From Malacoraja senta (lineage: Eukaryota): a stretch of 64,000 nucleotides of DNA. Under the pieces are notes generated by a model. The model was not told the origin of the DNA and did not search any database. It saw only the letters and a list, made by a program, of their open reading frames with translations. Positions 48,711 through 60,612 of the stretch are shown one piece after another (the first letter of the stretch is position 1; every line of letters begins with the position of its first letter). Where the stretch lies: assembly GCA_038087875.1 (NCBI GenBank), contig CM075992.1, positions 1,366,001 to 1,430,000 of the forward strand, read 5' to 3'. The position numbers were made by a program, and so were the translations under genes.

Positions 48711-48952
48711 CCATTTTTTTCCCACGCAGAGAGTGATTGGAATCTGGGTGGGATAGTAGAGACACTCGCAACATTTAGAATCCATCTTGGTGAATATTTG
48801 ATTCACTAAAGCTAAGCATATGGACCAAGTGTTGTTACCTGGAGTATTGTGTGCAGTTTTGGTCCCCTAATTTGAGGAAGGACATTCTTGCTATTGAGGG
48901 AGTGCAGCGTAGGTTTACAAGGTTAATTCCTGGGATGGCGGGACTGTCATAT

Positions 48953-49152
48953 NNNNNNNNNNNNNNNNNNNNNNNNNNNNNNNNNNNNNNNNNNNNNNNN
49001 NNNNNNNNNNNNNNNNNNNNNNNNNNNNNNNNNNNNNNNNNNNNNNNNNNNNNNNNNNNNNNNNNNNNNNNNNNNNNNNNNNNNNNNNNNNNNNNNNNNN
49101 NNNNNNNNNNNNNNNNNNNNNNNNNNNNNNNNNNNNNNNNNNNNNNNNNNNN
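48953..49152. other. Assembly gap (200 N)
   Basis: Run of N. Confidence 1.
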
Positions 49153-50246
49153 GTGAACCTCCGCCCCAGTCTTAAGTCTTTTGCAGACTCTAACAGGTTT
49201 TCTTCCAAGATTGCCCTGTATTTGGCTCCATCCATCTTCCCATCAACTCTGACCAGCTTCCCTGTCCCTGCTGAAGAAAAGCATCCCACAGCATGATGCT
49301 GCCACCACCATGTTTCACAGTGGGGATGGTGTGTTCAGGGTGATGTGCAGTGTTAGGTTTCCGCCACACATAGCGTTTTGCATTTAGGCTAAAAACTTCA
49401 ATTTTGGTCTCATCTGACCAGAGCACCTTCCTCCACATGTTTGCTGTGTCCCCCACATGGCTTGTGACAAACTGCAAACGGGACTTCTTATGGCTTTTTT
49501 TCAACAATGGCTTTCTTCTTGCCACTCTTCCATAAAGGCCCGATTTGTGGAGTGCACGACTAATAGTTGTCCTGTGGACAGATTCTCCCACCTGAGCTGT
49601 GGATCTCTGCTGCTCCTCCAGAGTTACCATGGGCCTTTTGGCTGCTTCTCTGATCAATGCTCTCCTTGCCCAGCCTGTCAGTTTAGGTGGACGGCCATGT
49701 CTTGGTAGGATTGCAGTTGTGCCATACTCTTTCCATTTTCGGATGATGGATTGAACAGTGCTCCGTGAGATGTTCAAAGCTTGGGATATTTGTTTATAAC
49801 TTAACCCTGCTTTAAACTTCTCCACAACTTTATCCCTGACCTGTCTGGTGTGTTCCTTGGGCTTCATGATGCTGTTTGTTCACTAATGTTCTCTAACAAA
49901 CCTCTGAGGCCTTCACAGAACAGCTGTATTTATACTGAGATTAGATTACACACAAGTGGACTCTATTTACTAATTAGGTGACTTCTGAAGGCAATTGGTT
50001 GCACTGGATTTTATTTAGGGGTATCAGAGTAAAGGGGGCTGAATACTTTTGCACGCGACACTTTTCCGTTTTTTATTTGTAAAAAAATTTGAAAACCATG
50101 TATCATTTTCCTTCCACTTCACAATTATGCGCCACTTTGTGTTGGTCTATCACATAAAATCCCAATAAAATACATTTACGTTTGTGGTTGTAACGTGACA
50201 AAATGTGGAAAAGTTCAAGGGGTATGAATACCTTTGCAAGCCACTG
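49153..50246 (-). mobile_element. Tc1/mariner (Passport/PPTN-like, IR/DR type) transposon, 5' part; transposase frameshifted
   Basis: ORF 49867-49190 MKPKEHTRQVRDKVVEKFKAG...GRPPKL...ARRKPLL...WSDETK...KHGGGSIMLW, with a frameshift near 49285 into GCFSSAGTG. TIR CAGTGGCTTGCAAAGGTATTCATACCCC, TA at 50247-50248, inner DR at ~50032-50053. Confidence 0.93.
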
Positions 50247-50248
50247 TA

Positions 50249-50731
50249 GAAACATAGAAACATAGAAACATAGAAACATAGAAAATAGGTGCAGGAGGAG
50301 GCCATTCGGCCCTTCAAGCCAGCACTGCCATTCATTGTGATCATGGCTGATCGTCCCCTATCAATAACCCGTGCCTGCCTTCTCCCCATATCCCTTGACT
50401 CCACTAGCCCCTAGGGCTCTATCTAACTCTCTCTTAAATCCATCCAGTGACTTGGCCTCCACTGCCCTCTGTGGCAGGGAATTCCACAAATTCACAACTC
50501 TCTGGGTGAAAACGTTTTTTCTCACCTCAGCCTTAAATGACCTCCCCTTTATTCTAAGTCTGTGGCCCCTGGTTCTGGACTCGCCCCACATTGGGAACAT
50601 TTTTTCTGCATCTAGCTTGTCCAGTCCTTTTATAATTATATATGTTTCTATAAGATCCCCCCTCATCCTTCTAAACTCCAGTGAATTCATGCCTAGTCTT
50701 TTCAATCTTTCCTCATATGACAGTCCCGCCA
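50249..50731 (-). mobile_element. CR1 3' fragment; Tc1 inserted at its (TTTCTATG)n tail
   Basis: ORF 50361-50732 AGLSYEERLKRLG...GYGEKAGTGY. Confidence 0.9.
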
Positions 50732-51355
50732 CCTGAGAGTCCCAGCCTCAACTACCTCCTCCAGCAGCTGGTTCCATACACCTACCACCCTTTGTGTGAA
50801 AAAGTTGGCCCTCAGATTCTTATTCAATCTTTCCCCCCCTCACCTTAAACCTCGGCCCTCTGATCCTCGATTCCCCTACTCTGGGCAAGAGACTCTGTGC
50901 ATCTGCCCGATCTATTCCTCTCATAATTTTATACACCTCTATAAGATCACCCCTCATCGTCCTGCACTCAAAACGTGTTCAACCTCTCTCTGTAGCTCAG
51001 GCCCTCGAGACCTGGCGACATCCTCGTAAAAGGTGGTGGAAGCTGATACGATAGTGGTGTATAAAAGGTTTAGTTTAATAAGTTTAGTTTAGTTTATTGT
51101 CACGTGTACCAAGGTACAGTTAAAGCTTTTGTTGTGTGCTAGCCAGTCAGTGGAAATAGATTTTTAGATAGGCACATGGATATGCAGGGAATGGAGGGAT
51201 ATGGGTCACGTGCAGGCAGGTAAGAATAGTTTATCCTGGCATTATGTTCGGCACAGGCCTTGTGGTCCTAAAGAGCTTGTTCCTCTGATGTATTGTTCTA
51301 TGTTCCAGTTGGAAAGTTTGGGTTAGCGGGGACAGGGTCTATTGAAGTTCATTTG

Positions 51356-51805
51356 AGGGTGGCATGGTGGTGCAGCGGTAGAGTTGCTGCCTCAAGGGCC
51401 CTGTCCCACTTTCACCACCTAATTCATGACCTCTGCCGAGTTTGCCCTTGACTCATACTCTCAGCATGGCCGTCGCGAGGTCGTAGCGAGCCGTGATGCT
51501 AGTCGTAGGTACTCGTGGCTTCAAGTGGGTCGGGGCGTTTTTCTCAACATGATGAAAAATGTCCACGAGTAAAAAAGGTCGTGAATTAGGTCGTGAAAGT
51601 GGGACAGGCCCTTCACAACGCCAGAAACCCGGGTTCGATCTTGACTACGGGTGCTGTCTGTACCTTCTCCCTGTGACAACGCGGGTTTTCACCGGGTGCT
51701 CCGGTTTTCTCCCACACTCCAACGCTGTTCAGGTTTGTAGGTTAATTGGCTTCTGTATAATCACCACTTGTGTGTAGGGTAGAACTAGTGTGAATGGGTG
51801 ACCTC
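51356..51805 (+). mobile_element. V-SINE containing a Harbinger MITE
   Basis: Head split at GCC|TCA|CAAC. Confidence 0.85.
51395..51612. mobile_element. Harbinger-type MITE (family B)
   Basis: TIRs AGGGCCCTGTCCCACTTTCAC and GTGAAAGTGGGACAGGCCCT. TCA TSD at 51392-51394 and 51613-51615. Confidence 0.88.
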
Positions 51806-51845
51806 TGGTAGAAATTTAAATCAATCAATCAGTTTTATTCGTCAT

Positions 51846-52440
51846 ATAGATACATAGATACATAGAAAATAGGTGCAGGAGTAGGCCATTCGGCCCTTCG
51901 AGCCTGCACCGCCATTCAATATGATCATGGCTGATCATCCAACTCAGTATCCTGTACCTGCCTTCTCTCCATACCCCCGATCCCTTTAGCCACAAGGGCC
52001 ACATCTAACTCCCTCTTAAATATAGCCAATGAACTGGCCTCAACTACCCTCTGTGGCAGAGAGTTCCACAGATTCACCACTCTCTGTGTGAAAAAGTTTT
52101 TCCTCATCTCGGTCTTAAAGGATTTCCCTCTTATCCTTAAGCTGTGACCCCTTTGTCCTGGACTTCCCCAACATCGGGAACAATCTTCCTGCATCTAGCC
52201 TGTCCAACCCCATAAGAATTTTGTACGTTTCTATAAGATTCCCCCTCAATCTCCTAAATTCTAGCGAGTATAAGCCAAGTCTATCCAGTCTTTCTTCATA
52301 TGAAAGTCCTGACATCCCAGGAATCAGTCTGGTGAACCTTCTCTGCACTCCCTCTGTGGCTATAATGTCCTTCCTCAGATTTGGAGACCAAAACTGTACG
52401 CAATACTCCAGGTGTGGTCTCACCAAGACCCTGTACAACT
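51846..52440 (-). mobile_element. CR1 3' fragment
   Basis: QLYRVLVRPHLEYCVQFWSP...; UTR. Confidence 0.9.
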
Positions 52441-53345
52441 GCTTGCACATAAAGTGCAAGTGCAATGAATTTGCCAGCAGCGGTACAATGAAAAAGGAAC
52501 ACACAAAAACACGATAAAAACTTTTTAACACAAACGTCCACCACAGCATTCATCCCTGTGGTGGAAGGCACAACATTTGGCCAGTCCTCCTCCATTTCCC
52601 CCGTGGTCGGGACCTCAACCCTCCGCGGGCGTCCAGATGAGTGGACAAGGTAAAATTCCAGGTAAGTCCTGAATCCGTGCCTCCCCTACCGAAAACTCTC
52701 TGCTCCCAATATCAATAGATGCCAAGAAAATAGTTCATTTTCAATCCAACAATAATAGATTTTAATTGAATAGGCATTTTCAGCCATGGAGCTAAAGGTA
52801 ATAGATTAGCCATGATATTGTAGACTGGACTGGTCAATGTTTTCTGCATTGACATTATCCCCTGTAAGAACATGCCCATCATACATGTATTTAATTAACT
52901 TCACCTCTCCCCTTCCCCCTCGTGTTCGCACAAAGCCTTGACTCTGCGACGCTGGTCTGAAGAGCTATCTAGTTTCCAATTTTTAATAAAAGGGCCAAAG
53001 TGCTGGAGTAACACAGTAGGTCATGCAGCATGGCTGGAGAACATGGACAGGTGACGCTTTGGGTCGCCCACCTTCCCCAGACTGATGGTGGGGGAGGAGA
53101 CGATGAAAGCTGGGAGAGAACAAAAGCTAGCAAGTGCTAGCCAGGAGCAGCAAATTGTAGGTACAGCACCTCACAGTTCACTTGCACAGCTTACAACCCA
53201 GCGCTGGGAATGTTGATTTCTCTAATTTCACATAACCCCTGCATTCTCTGTCTCTCTCTTGCCCTCTCTCTGTCCCTCCACCACCCTAGACATCCTTCTA
53301 GTTTCACTGTTCACATCCCTTCATTATCAATTCTTCCACAGCGGT

Positions 53346-53373
53346 CTGAAGAAGGGTCTCGACCCGAAACGTC
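53346..53373 (+). ncRNA. Minimal hammerhead ribozyme motif (consensus copy)
   Basis: CTGAAGAAGGGTCTCGACCCGAAACGTC. Confidence 0.7.
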
Positions 53374-53779
53374 ACCTATTCCTTTGCTCCAGAGATGCTG
53401 CCTCACCCGCTGAGTTTCTCCAGCAATTTTGTCTACCTTCCACAGCCAACAATGGACCATTGTGGGTTCCACCTTTCCTTGGTCATCGATGCCAGCTCTG
53501 ATTTGTTCATACATCTACTTTCCCTCCTCCCTCACTCAGTCGACCCAATACGTCACCCATTCCTTCTCTCCAGAGATGCTGCCTGTCCCGCTGAGGTACT
53601 CCAGTATTTATTGTGTTCATCTTAAGTGATGGGTGGATACAGGTGAGGGACATATATACGGGTAGGGGGTTGATAGGCAGGTGGGTGGACAAAGGCCAAC
53701 TACTTTCCACGTTGGTCACCGCGAGTGGTGGGATGGGGAAGGAACGATGCAGATCTCTGCAGCCAGAGTTGTTGCCTTA

Positions 53780-54167
53780 AGCCCCTGTCCCACTTAGGAG
53801 ACTTAAGCAGCAACCTCTGGTGACCTTGCCCGCCACCCAAGGTCGCCACGAGGACACCGGAGGTTTTGGTCACTCTCCCCAATGGTCGAAAGTGGTTTCC
53901 GCGCGGTCGAGGCTTCATCTCGGTTGCTGCTAATTTTTCATCGTGATTAAAACCGGCCTCGTCTAAAAATAGGTCGCCGTTTTAAAGATCGATCATTTTT
54001 TAGTCGCAGGTCTATTCGAAGCCTGTTTTCTTCATAGTGGAAGGTTTTCAACGTGTGCCTGGGAGGTGGTAGGAGGTTGCAGGTCACCTCCACCTTGATT
54101 TATTTTTTGGGTGGCGGGCAAGGTGACCAGAGGTTGCTCTTTAGGTCTCCTAAGTGGGACAGGGGCT
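53780..54167. mobile_element. Harbinger-type MITE (family D)
   Basis: TIRs AGCCCCTGTCCCACTTAGGAGAC and GTCTCCTAAGTGGGACAGGGGCT. TTA TSD at 53777-53779 and 54168-54170. Confidence 0.9.
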
Positions 54168-55112
54168 TTACACCGAGCCAGAGACTCGTAGTCAGGATCG
54201 AACCCGGGTCTCTGGCGCTGCGAGGCAGCAACTCTGCCGAGTGACACTGAAGTTACAGCTCATGTGAAGACTGGAGGAGTGAGCTCATTTATAGTAAGAG
54301 AGATTGCAAATCAGTGTATTATGGCAATGAGATGACTCAATTAAAAATGTTCCTGTATCTAAATTGAGAATTTAAATAGCATTCTCAAAGGCATTATTTA
54401 AATATGAAAACATAGGCACTGCTTGCAGCAATGGTATCTGACGGCACAGTGTGTTAGTGACTCTGGTTATATGTCAGTACTTACTGAAGCCATGCAGGAT
54501 AATTTGCAGAAAGCAATGGCTTCTCAAATCCCTATTAGTCATGGCCACTCAGCCATTAATTCTGCTCAGCTAAATATATTGGTGAATAAATAGTTTAAAG
54601 GGCCAGTCACGGCTTTTACTTAAACGCCCAGGAGATTATTGGGGGGAAATATGAGAGAGTGATTCACCGCGTGGTGGAGGCGGAAATCAGAAAAGGTCAG
54701 GGTGGGGAAGTGGGGTGGATTGGAGGGGTTTAGACAGAGCAGGGTGAAGTGGGGGTGGTAGGTGCGGGCGTGTATCAGACTGGGTCACCGAGAGGTGGGG
54801 GAGGGGTGGGGGGGTACATCAGACAGGGTCACAGAGTGAGATGAGGGGGTGTATTAGAGTGAGTGACAGTGAGAATGTGGGGTATATCAGAGAGTTGACA
54901 AAAATGCTGGAGAAACTCAGCGGGACAGGCAGCATCTGTGGAGCAAAGGAATGGGTGACGTTTGGGGTCGAGACCCTTCTTCAGACTTCAGGCTCCATAG
55001 ATGCTGCCTCACCCGCTGAGTTTCTCCAGCATTTTTGTCTACCTTCGATTTTTCCAGCATCTGCAGTTCCTTCTTAAACGGTGTATCAGAGAGTGTCACA
55101 GTGGAACAAAGG

Positions 55113-56690
55113 TTCAAGTGTCAAGTGTCAAGTGAGTTTATTGTCATGTGTCCCTGGTAGGACAATGAAATTCTTGCTTTGCTTCAGCACAACAGAACAT
55201 AGTAGGCATTGACTACAAGGCATTCTATAAATATATACACAATGGTCAATATACTGATAAAGTGCAAATAACAGTATTGGCTAATAAAGTTCAGTGTTAT
55301 GTCCGAGCCAGGTTTAATAGCCTGATGGCTGTGGGGAAGTAGCTATTCCTGAACCTGGTCGTTGCAGTCTTCAGGCTCCTGTACCTTCTACCTGAAGGTA
55401 GTAGGGAGATGAGTGTGTGGCCAGGATGGTGTGGGTCCTTGATGATGCTGCCAGCCTTTTTGAGGCAGCGACTGCGATAGATCCCCTCGATGGAAGGGAG
55501 GTCAGAGCCGATGATGGACTGGGCAGTGTTTACTACTTTTTGTAGACTTTTCCTCTCCAGGGAGCTCAAGTTGCCGAACCAAGCCACGATGCAACCGGTC
55601 AGCATGCTCTCTACTGTGCACCTGTAGAAGTTAGAGAGAGTCCTCCTTGACAAACCGACTCTCCGTAATCTTCTCAGGAAGTAGAGGCGCTGATGTGCTT
55701 TCTTAATAATGGCATCAGTGTTCTCGGACCAGGAAAGATCTTCAGAGATGTGCACGCCCAGGAATTTGAAGCTCTTGACCCTTTCAACCATCGACCCGTT
55801 GATATAAACGGGACTGTGGGTCCCCATCCTACTCCTTCCAAAGTCCACAATCAGTTCCTTGGTTTTGCTGGTGTTGAGGGCCAGGTTATTGTGCTGGCAC
55901 CATATGGACAGTTGCTCGATCTCTCTTCTATACTCTGACTCATCCCCATCAGTGATACGTCCCACAACAGTGGTGTCGTCAGCGAACTTGATGATGGAGT
56001 TCGCACTATGTCCGGCTACGTAGTCATGAGTATAGAGTGAGTACAGCAGGGGGCTGAGCACGCAGCCTTGAGGTGCTCCCGTGCTAATTGCTATCGAGTC
56101 TGACACATTTCCACCAATACGAACAGACTGTGGTCTGAGAGTGAGGAAGTCGAGGATCCAATTGCAGAGGGATGCGCAGAGACCCAGTTCAGCGAGTTTG
56201 GTAACCAGCTTGGAGGGGATGATTGTATTAAATGCCGAGCTGTAATCGATGAATAACAGCCTGACATATGAGTTTTTGTTGTCCAAGTGGTCCAGAGCGG
56301 AGTGGAGGGCCAGCGAGATCGCATCCACCGTTGATCTGTTGTGGCGGTAAGCGAACTGCAGTGGGTCCAGGTTTTTGTCGAGGTAGGAGTTGATCTGCGT
56401 CATGATCAACCTCTCAAAGCACTTCATCACCACAGGCGTTAGTGCCACAGGTCGATAGTCATTGAGGCACGTCACCTTACTCTTCTTGGGCACCGGTATA
56501 ATTGATGCCCTTTTGAAGCAGGTGGGGACCTCAGACCTCAGAAGTGAGAGGTTGAAAATGTCCGTAAAAACTCCAGCCAGTTGGTCCACACAGGTTTTTA
56601 GAACACGACCAGGTATACCATCAGGTCCAGGCTCTTTTCGAGGGTTCACCCCTCTGAAGGATTTCCTGACGTCGGCCTCTGTGACTGTCC
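55113..56690 (-). mobile_element. Rex1/Babar-clade LINE, 5'-truncated, RT frame open (55297-~56690)
   Basis: [14 protein letters not shown]...[19 protein letters not shown]...[12 protein letters not shown]...[17 protein letters not shown]...KFADDTT; 3' UTR and (ACACTTG)n tail. Confidence 0.95.
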
Positions 56691-56885
56691 CTGGTTCTGA
56701 CTGTCCCTGGTTCTGACTGTCCACTGAATTGATGCCAAATGTCTGTAGTCTCCACGTGGTTAAATTATAATGTTTTATTTTTAATTGTCTACTGTATATC
56801 GTGTTGTTATCCTTGCGAGCAAAGCACCGAGGCAAATTCCATGTATGTGTACATACTTGGCCAATACAATTTATTCAATTCAATT

Positions 56886-57392
56886 CGTAGGTTCACCAGA
56901 TTGATCCCTGGGATGGCGGGACTGTCATATGAGGAAAGATTGAAAAGACTAGGCTTGTATTCACTGGAGTTTAGAAGGATGAGGGGGGATCTTATAGAAA
57001 CATATAAAATTATAAAAGGACTGGACAAGCTAGATGCAGGAAAAATGTTCCCAATGTTGGGCGAGTCCAGAACCAGGGGCCACACAGTCTTAGAATAAAG
57101 GGGAGGCCATTTAAGACTGAGGTGAGAAAAAACGTTTTCACCCAGAGAGTTGTGAATTTGTGGAATTCCCTGTCACAGAGGGCAGTGGAGGCCAAGTCAC
57201 TGGATGGATTTAAGAGAGAGATAGATAGAGCTCTAGGGGCTTGTGGAGTCAAGGGATATGGGGAGAAGGCAGGCACGGGTTATTGATAGGGGACGATCAG
57301 CCATGATCACAATGAATGACGGTGCTGGCTCGAAGGGCCGAATGGCCTCCTCCTCCTGCACCTATTTTCTATGTTTCTACGTTTCTATGTTT
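56886..57392 (+). mobile_element. CR1 3' fragment
   Basis: RRFTRLIPGMAGLSYEERLKRLG...; UTR with TTTCTATG. Confidence 0.9.
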
Positions 57393-57842
57393 CTAATTCA
57401 ACCCAATTTTATACACTTTTATCGTCTCCTCTCAACCTCTGACCTTCGAGAGAACATGTGTGGGCTATGTCACAGAGTCTTGCAGTGAGACTGTGGGGAG
57501 TACAGTGAGGAGTGTCACAGTGAGACAAAGATTCTGACTGTCTAACCATATTAATGTCTCTCATAATTGTATATACTTCTATCAACTTCTATCAATGATA
57601 GTGTGGAGTTGGATCAGAGAGGGCCACAGTGAGGCATATTGGAGAGTGTCACGGTGAAACATAGAGATATAGAATATAGGTGCAGGAGGAGGCCATTCGG
57701 CCCTTCGAGCCAGCACGTCATTCATTGTGATCATGGCTGATCATCCACAATCAGTACCCCGTGCCTGCCTTCTCCCCATATCCCTTGATTCCGCTACTCC
57801 CTAGAGCTCTATCTAACTCTCTTTTAAATTAATCCATTGAAT

Positions 57843-58285
57843 TGAGAGAATGGAGCGGCTGGGCTTGTACACTCTGGAGTTTAGAAGGATGAGAGGATGT
57901 CTCATTGAAACATAAGATTGTTAAGGGCTTGGACACGCTAGAGGCAGGAACCATGTTCCCGATGTTGGGGGAGTCCAGAGCCAAGGGGCCACACAGTTTA
58001 AGAATAAGGGGTAAGCCATTTAGAACGGAGACGAGGAAACACCTTTTCTCACAGAGAGTTGTGAGTCTGTGGAATTCTCTGCCACAGAAGGCAGTGGAGG
58101 CAGGTTCTCTGGATGTTTTCAAGAGAGAGCTAGATTTAGCTCTTAGGGCTAAAGAAATAAATAGATATGGGGAGAAGGCAGGAACGGGGTACTGATTGGG
58201 GATGATCAGCCATGATCACATTGAATGGCGGTGCTGGCTCGAAGGGCCGAATGGCCTGCTCCTGCACCTATTGCCTATTGTCTAT
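57843..58285 (+). mobile_element. CR1 3' fragment
   Basis: KIVKGLDTLEAG...WNSLPQKAVEAG...GEKAGTGY. Confidence 0.88.
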
Positions 58286-59187
58286 GGTTTAATTGGCCTC
58301 CACTGCCTTCTGTGGCAGAGAACTCCACAAATTCACAACTCTCTGGGTGAAAACGTTTTTTACCCCATCTCAGTTTTAAATGGCCTCCCCTATATTCTTA
58401 GATATTGGTGGGGTGTAACGGAGAGGGTGTGGAATATATTAGAGATTGTCACAGTGGGAGTGTAGAGTGGATCGGAGAGGTTCACAGTGATATAATAAAT
58501 GTTTTCTGGCTGTTTTGCTATAAAATTAGATGTTGTTTTATGTAGATTAACTTTGTGAAAATCCACCACTTCTTGTTGTAGGTAAAATGTCAATGTATAA
58601 ATTAGAACTTTTTGGGTCTCAAAATAATTTATTCAGCGACAGGAACTAAAGAAGCAATTTTTCGATCCGTGGGCCTGGGCTGATGTGGAGGCCTCCATTG
58701 CACCAAGCATTTCCCCAGTAATGAGAGCGATTCAACCTTCTCCTGTCGCCCTTAATGACAGCGGCTGGTGTAAAATGGATTTGTGATGATTCCCCGTGGT
58801 CTTGGACAGAGAACGCCACGTCCTTAGAAAACAATAGCAGATGTAACTCGGGGCAATGAGACCAGTTCTGTCCCCCGTACTGAAGGAGTGGTCTTCACCA
58901 CCTGTTCCGACATTACAAACTGCTGCCCCTTGCTTCAGCCAATGCACCACGACAGCAGAGCAAACCATACAATTCGCCACGTCAGACAGACCGAGGTTAA
59001 TTCAGTTCCGTTTGGAGATACGGCGCGGAAACGGGCCCTCCGTCCCACCCAGCGATCCCCACACGCTTACGCCACCCTGCGCACAACTAGGGACAATTTT
59101 ACAATTACATACCGAAGCCAATTCGCCTACAAACCTGCACGTCTTCGGAGTGCGGGAGGAAACCGGTAAAACACCCGGACAAAACCC

Positions 59188-59618
59188 ACAGTTTAAGAAT
59201 AAGGGGTGAGCCATTTAGAACGGAGACGAGGAAACACTTTTTCCTCACAGAGAGTGGTGAGTCTGTGGAATTCTCTGCCCCAGAGGGCGGTGGAGGCCGG
59301 TTCTCTGGATGCTTTCAAGAGAGAGCTAGATAGGGCTCTTAAAGATAGAGGAGTCAGGGGATATGGGGAGAAGGCAGGAACGGGGGGTACTGATTGGGGA
59401 TGATCAGCCATGATCACATTGAATGGCGGTGCTGGCTCGAAGGGCCAAATGGCCTTCTCCTGCACCTATTGTCTATTGTCTATTGTCTATTGTCTATTGT
59501 CTATTGTCTATTGTCTATTGTCTATTATCTATTGTCTATTGTCTATTGTCTATTGTCTATTGTCTATTGTCTATTGTCTATTGTCTATTATCTATTGTCT
59601 ATTGTCTATTGTCTATTG
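59188..59618 (+). mobile_element. CR1 3' fragment with long (CTATTGT)n tail, inserted in a V-SINE
   Basis: 7-mer array at ~59466-59618. SINE halves at ~59000-59188 and ~59618-59705 (-). Confidence 0.88.
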
Positions 59619-60239
59619 TCACGGGGAGAACGTACAAACTCCATGCATACAACACCCGTGGTCAGGATCGAACCCGGGTCTCTGGCCCTGTGCCACTGTG
59701 CTGCCTTACATTGCTTGGCATTGCTTGGCAATGTCACCAGGATTAGGAAGCAAAGTGTTTGCAGCTCAGGGTGTGTGTTCCGTTCTATTTCTGATTGCAA
59801 GTGGATGAGGTTTTGATCAGCCGTCAATGCCTCCACCTTCCTCCCACAGACCTCCGCTGTCCAGCACCACTCTCATTCAGCGATCTCTGCAAGGAACCTC
59901 TGCCTTCTACAGGGCGTGATGGAGGTGGCTCTGAAGATCTGAAAGATGGCACAGTCGTGGAGGGGAACAGGACAGCAGAAGCGATGAGGGTTTGCGAACC
60001 AGGAGGTCATGTTTACAAGAAAGCAATAGCCTTTAATCTGTCTGGAGAACAAGATGTATTGACTGAGGTCAAAGGGTAGGATGAGGAAGCAATCAGATTA
60101 ATAATACCAACAATACACACTGGGGTAAGCAGCAGTTTTATTCTCTCTGCTGGAGTTTGTTTCCTGGGGCATTTTTTCACATCAGACCCATCATTTATCT
60201 CACCTTGGTACATTGCTAAATGCTCCACTTTTCAGGAAT

Positions 60240-60612
60240 TCTATAAGACGTTGCATTTAGAATATTGTGAATATTGGTGAGACCGCGTTTAGAATATTGT
60301 GTTCAGTTCTGGGCCACCAAGTTATAGGAAAGATATTGTCGAGCTTCAAAGGGTTCAGAGAAGATTTACGAGGATGTTGCCAGGACTAGAGGGTGTGAGC
60401 TATAGGGAGAGGTTGAGCAGGCTGGGTCTCTATTCCATGGAGCGCAGGAGGATGAGGGGTGATCTTATCGAGGTATACAAAATCATGAGAGGAATAGATC
60501 GGGTAGATGCAGATTTAACCCAGAGTAGGGGAATCGAGGACCAGAGGACATTGGTTCAAGGTGAAGGGGAAAAGATTTAATAGGAATCTGAGGGGTGACT
60601 TTTTCACATCGA
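60240..60612 (+). mobile_element. CR1 fragment
   Basis: YRKDIVELQRVQRRFTRMLPGLEG...RRRMRGDLIEVYKIM. Confidence 0.85.

Noticed and set aside
48851..49289. ORFs spanning the N run
   Set aside because: Gap artefacts; the flanks are a CR1 fragment and the Tc1.
56690..56835. N-terminal extension of the 512-aa ORF
   Set aside because: Not homologous; it reads through a junction duplication and the antisense of another LINE tail.
58530..58590. Possible 36-bp plus-strand exon (ATGTAG|...TAG|GTAAAA)
   Set aside because: Stop codons in all three frames and no other support.
59394..59816. Hydrophobic (LLSIVYC)n ORFs resembling membrane proteins
   Set aside because: Translation of the CR1 (CTATTGT)n tail.
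59795..60079. 94-aa ORF with a good acceptor near 59849
   Set aside because: No recognisable homology and no convincing donor.
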